Below, one piece after another: positions 23,180 to 24,000 of a DNA stretch of 24,000 nt. This DNA comes from Geothrix sp. GTDB lineage: Bacteria > Acidobacteriota > Holophagae > Holophagales > Holophagaceae. Position 1 is the stretch's first letter, and every line of letters starts with the position of its first letter. A model generated the notes under the pieces. That model made no database searches, was not told where the DNA came from, and worked only from the letters and a program-made list of their open reading frames with translations. The stretch lies in the NCBI GenBank assembly GCA_030681515.1, contig JAUXSE010000018.1, positions 7,790 through 31,789 on the forward strand, written 5' to 3'. Position numbers and translations under genes: made by a program.

Positions 23180-24000
23180 TCAGATGGAGGTCCGTTTCTC
23201 CTCGAGGTCCAGCCACTCCCCTTCCAGGGCGTCCAGTTCGGCCTGCGCGGCGTCCCTGTCCTTCAGGGCCTGGTGGCCGGGGCTATCGGAGCGGAGGAAG
23301 GTGGCGGGCTCCGCCAGGGCCGCGTCGAGTCCCGTGATCCGCCCGTGGAGGCTGGCCATGGCCTGCTCGACCTCCCCCAGGCGGCGCTGCTCCTTTTGCG
23401 AGAGTCCGGCCTTCCGGGGCCTGGCCGCCTCGACGCGGGGGGCCGGACGGGACAGGTCGGCCGCCGAGGGTTCCTGGGCCTGGGCCCGGGCGTCCCGAAG
23501 GCTGCGCACGGTGGAGGGCGGTCCCTCATAGAACTCCCAGCGCGGCGCGCCACGCTCATTCCAGGCCAGGGTATGGGTGGCCACCTGATCGAGGAAGAAC
23601 CGGTCATGGCTCACCAGGACCAGGGTGCCGCCGAAGCCCAACAAGGCCTCTTCGAGGTTCTGAAGGGTGGGGATGTCCAGGTCATTGGTGGGTTCGTCCA
23701 GCACCAGCAGATCCGATGGGCTGAGCATGGCCCTGGCCAGGAGCAGGCGGTTCCGCTCGCCGCCGCTGAGGGTCGAAGCCAGGCGGGCCTGTTCCTCCAC
23801 GGGAAAGCCGAAGCGGGTGAGGTAGACGTGGGCGAGCATGGCGCCGGTGCCGTTCCCCACCACCGCGGCCCGGTCGGCCAGGTTGTCGAGGATGCTGCGG
23901 CTGGTGTCGAGTTCGCCCCGCCCCTGGGAGATGGCCGTGACCGCGAGCTTGGGATGGCGGGCCACCGTGCCGCCGGTGGGCTGCAGTTCTCCGAGCAGCA
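23180..24000 (-). CDS. ABC-F family ATPase (Uup/EttA-type), C-terminal part; 5' end outside the window
   Basis: ABC signature LSGGERNRLLLA, Walker B LLVLDEPTNDLD and an H-loop VSHDR, followed by a C-terminal coiled-coil (LSQKEQRRLGEVEQAM...ELDALEGEWLDLEE). The frame continues open to 24000. Confidence 0.9.
   Translation of the reverse strand, partial: LLGELQPTGGTVARHPKLAVTAISQGRGELDTSRSILDNLADRAAVVGNGTGAMLAHVYLTRFGFPVEEQARLASTLSGGERNRLLLARAMLSPSDLLVLDEPTNDLDIPTLQNLEEALLGFGGTLVLVSHDRFFLDQVATHTLAWNERGAPRWEFYEGPPSTVRSLRDARAQAQEPSAADLSRPAPRVEAARPRKAGLSQKEQRRLGEVEQAMASLHGRITGLDAALAEPATFLRSDSPGHQALKDRDAAQAELDALEGEWLDLEEKRTSI

Noticed and set aside
1-24000. Search for tRNA, rRNA, tmRNA, CRISPR repeats, transposase/integrase genes and IS-type terminal inverted repeats
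   Set aside because: I saw none by eye in intergenic regions or ORF translations. This is a negative result from manual inspection only and should be confirmed with tRNAscan-SE, Infernal and ISEScan.

Overview
High-GC (roughly 70%) bacterial chromosomal segment, analysed by eye from the sequence and ORF track only, with no database searches. Gene content and signal-peptide style loosely suggest an Acidobacteriota/Holophagae-like organism, but that is a guess. Most of the window is ordinary core genome. I call 20 CDSs: a GT4-like glycosyltransferase (partial), a secreted hypothetical, dCMP deaminase, an FdhA-like molybdopterin oxidoreductase, an unknown 316-aa protein, a minus-strand run of Gfo/Idh/MocA oxidoreductase, beta-lactamase-fold hydrolase and SpoIID, a 4-TM membrane protein, a KAP NTPase, YebC, a TPR-like membrane protein, YbeY, RsmG, a LysM protein, a PfkB kinase, an Smr-like protein, an OM beta-barrel, two paralogous secreted coiled-coil proteins, and an ABC-F ATPase (partial). 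Many long ORFs in the track are antisense shadows typical of high-GC DNA. I saw no tRNA, rRNA, CRISPR array, transposase or integrase. The one clearly accessory element is a ~2.5 kb low-GC islet (about 11521-14080). It is bracketed by ~40-bp imperfect direct repeats and carries a single soluble KAP-family P-loop NTPase (11832-14015). This is my best candidate for a horizontally acquired single-gene phage-exclusion module, though its function is inference only. Secondary oddities: (1) a perfect 47-bp duplication of the oxidoreductase gene 5' end that creates a leader-like decoy ORF; (2) an N-terminally truncated serine hydrolase in the same frame as the upstream gene, separated by one TGA; (3) a YbeY with an ~89-aa basic AT-hook-like tail; (4) an Smr domain lacking HGxG; (5) tandem lysine-tailed coiled-coil paralogs.
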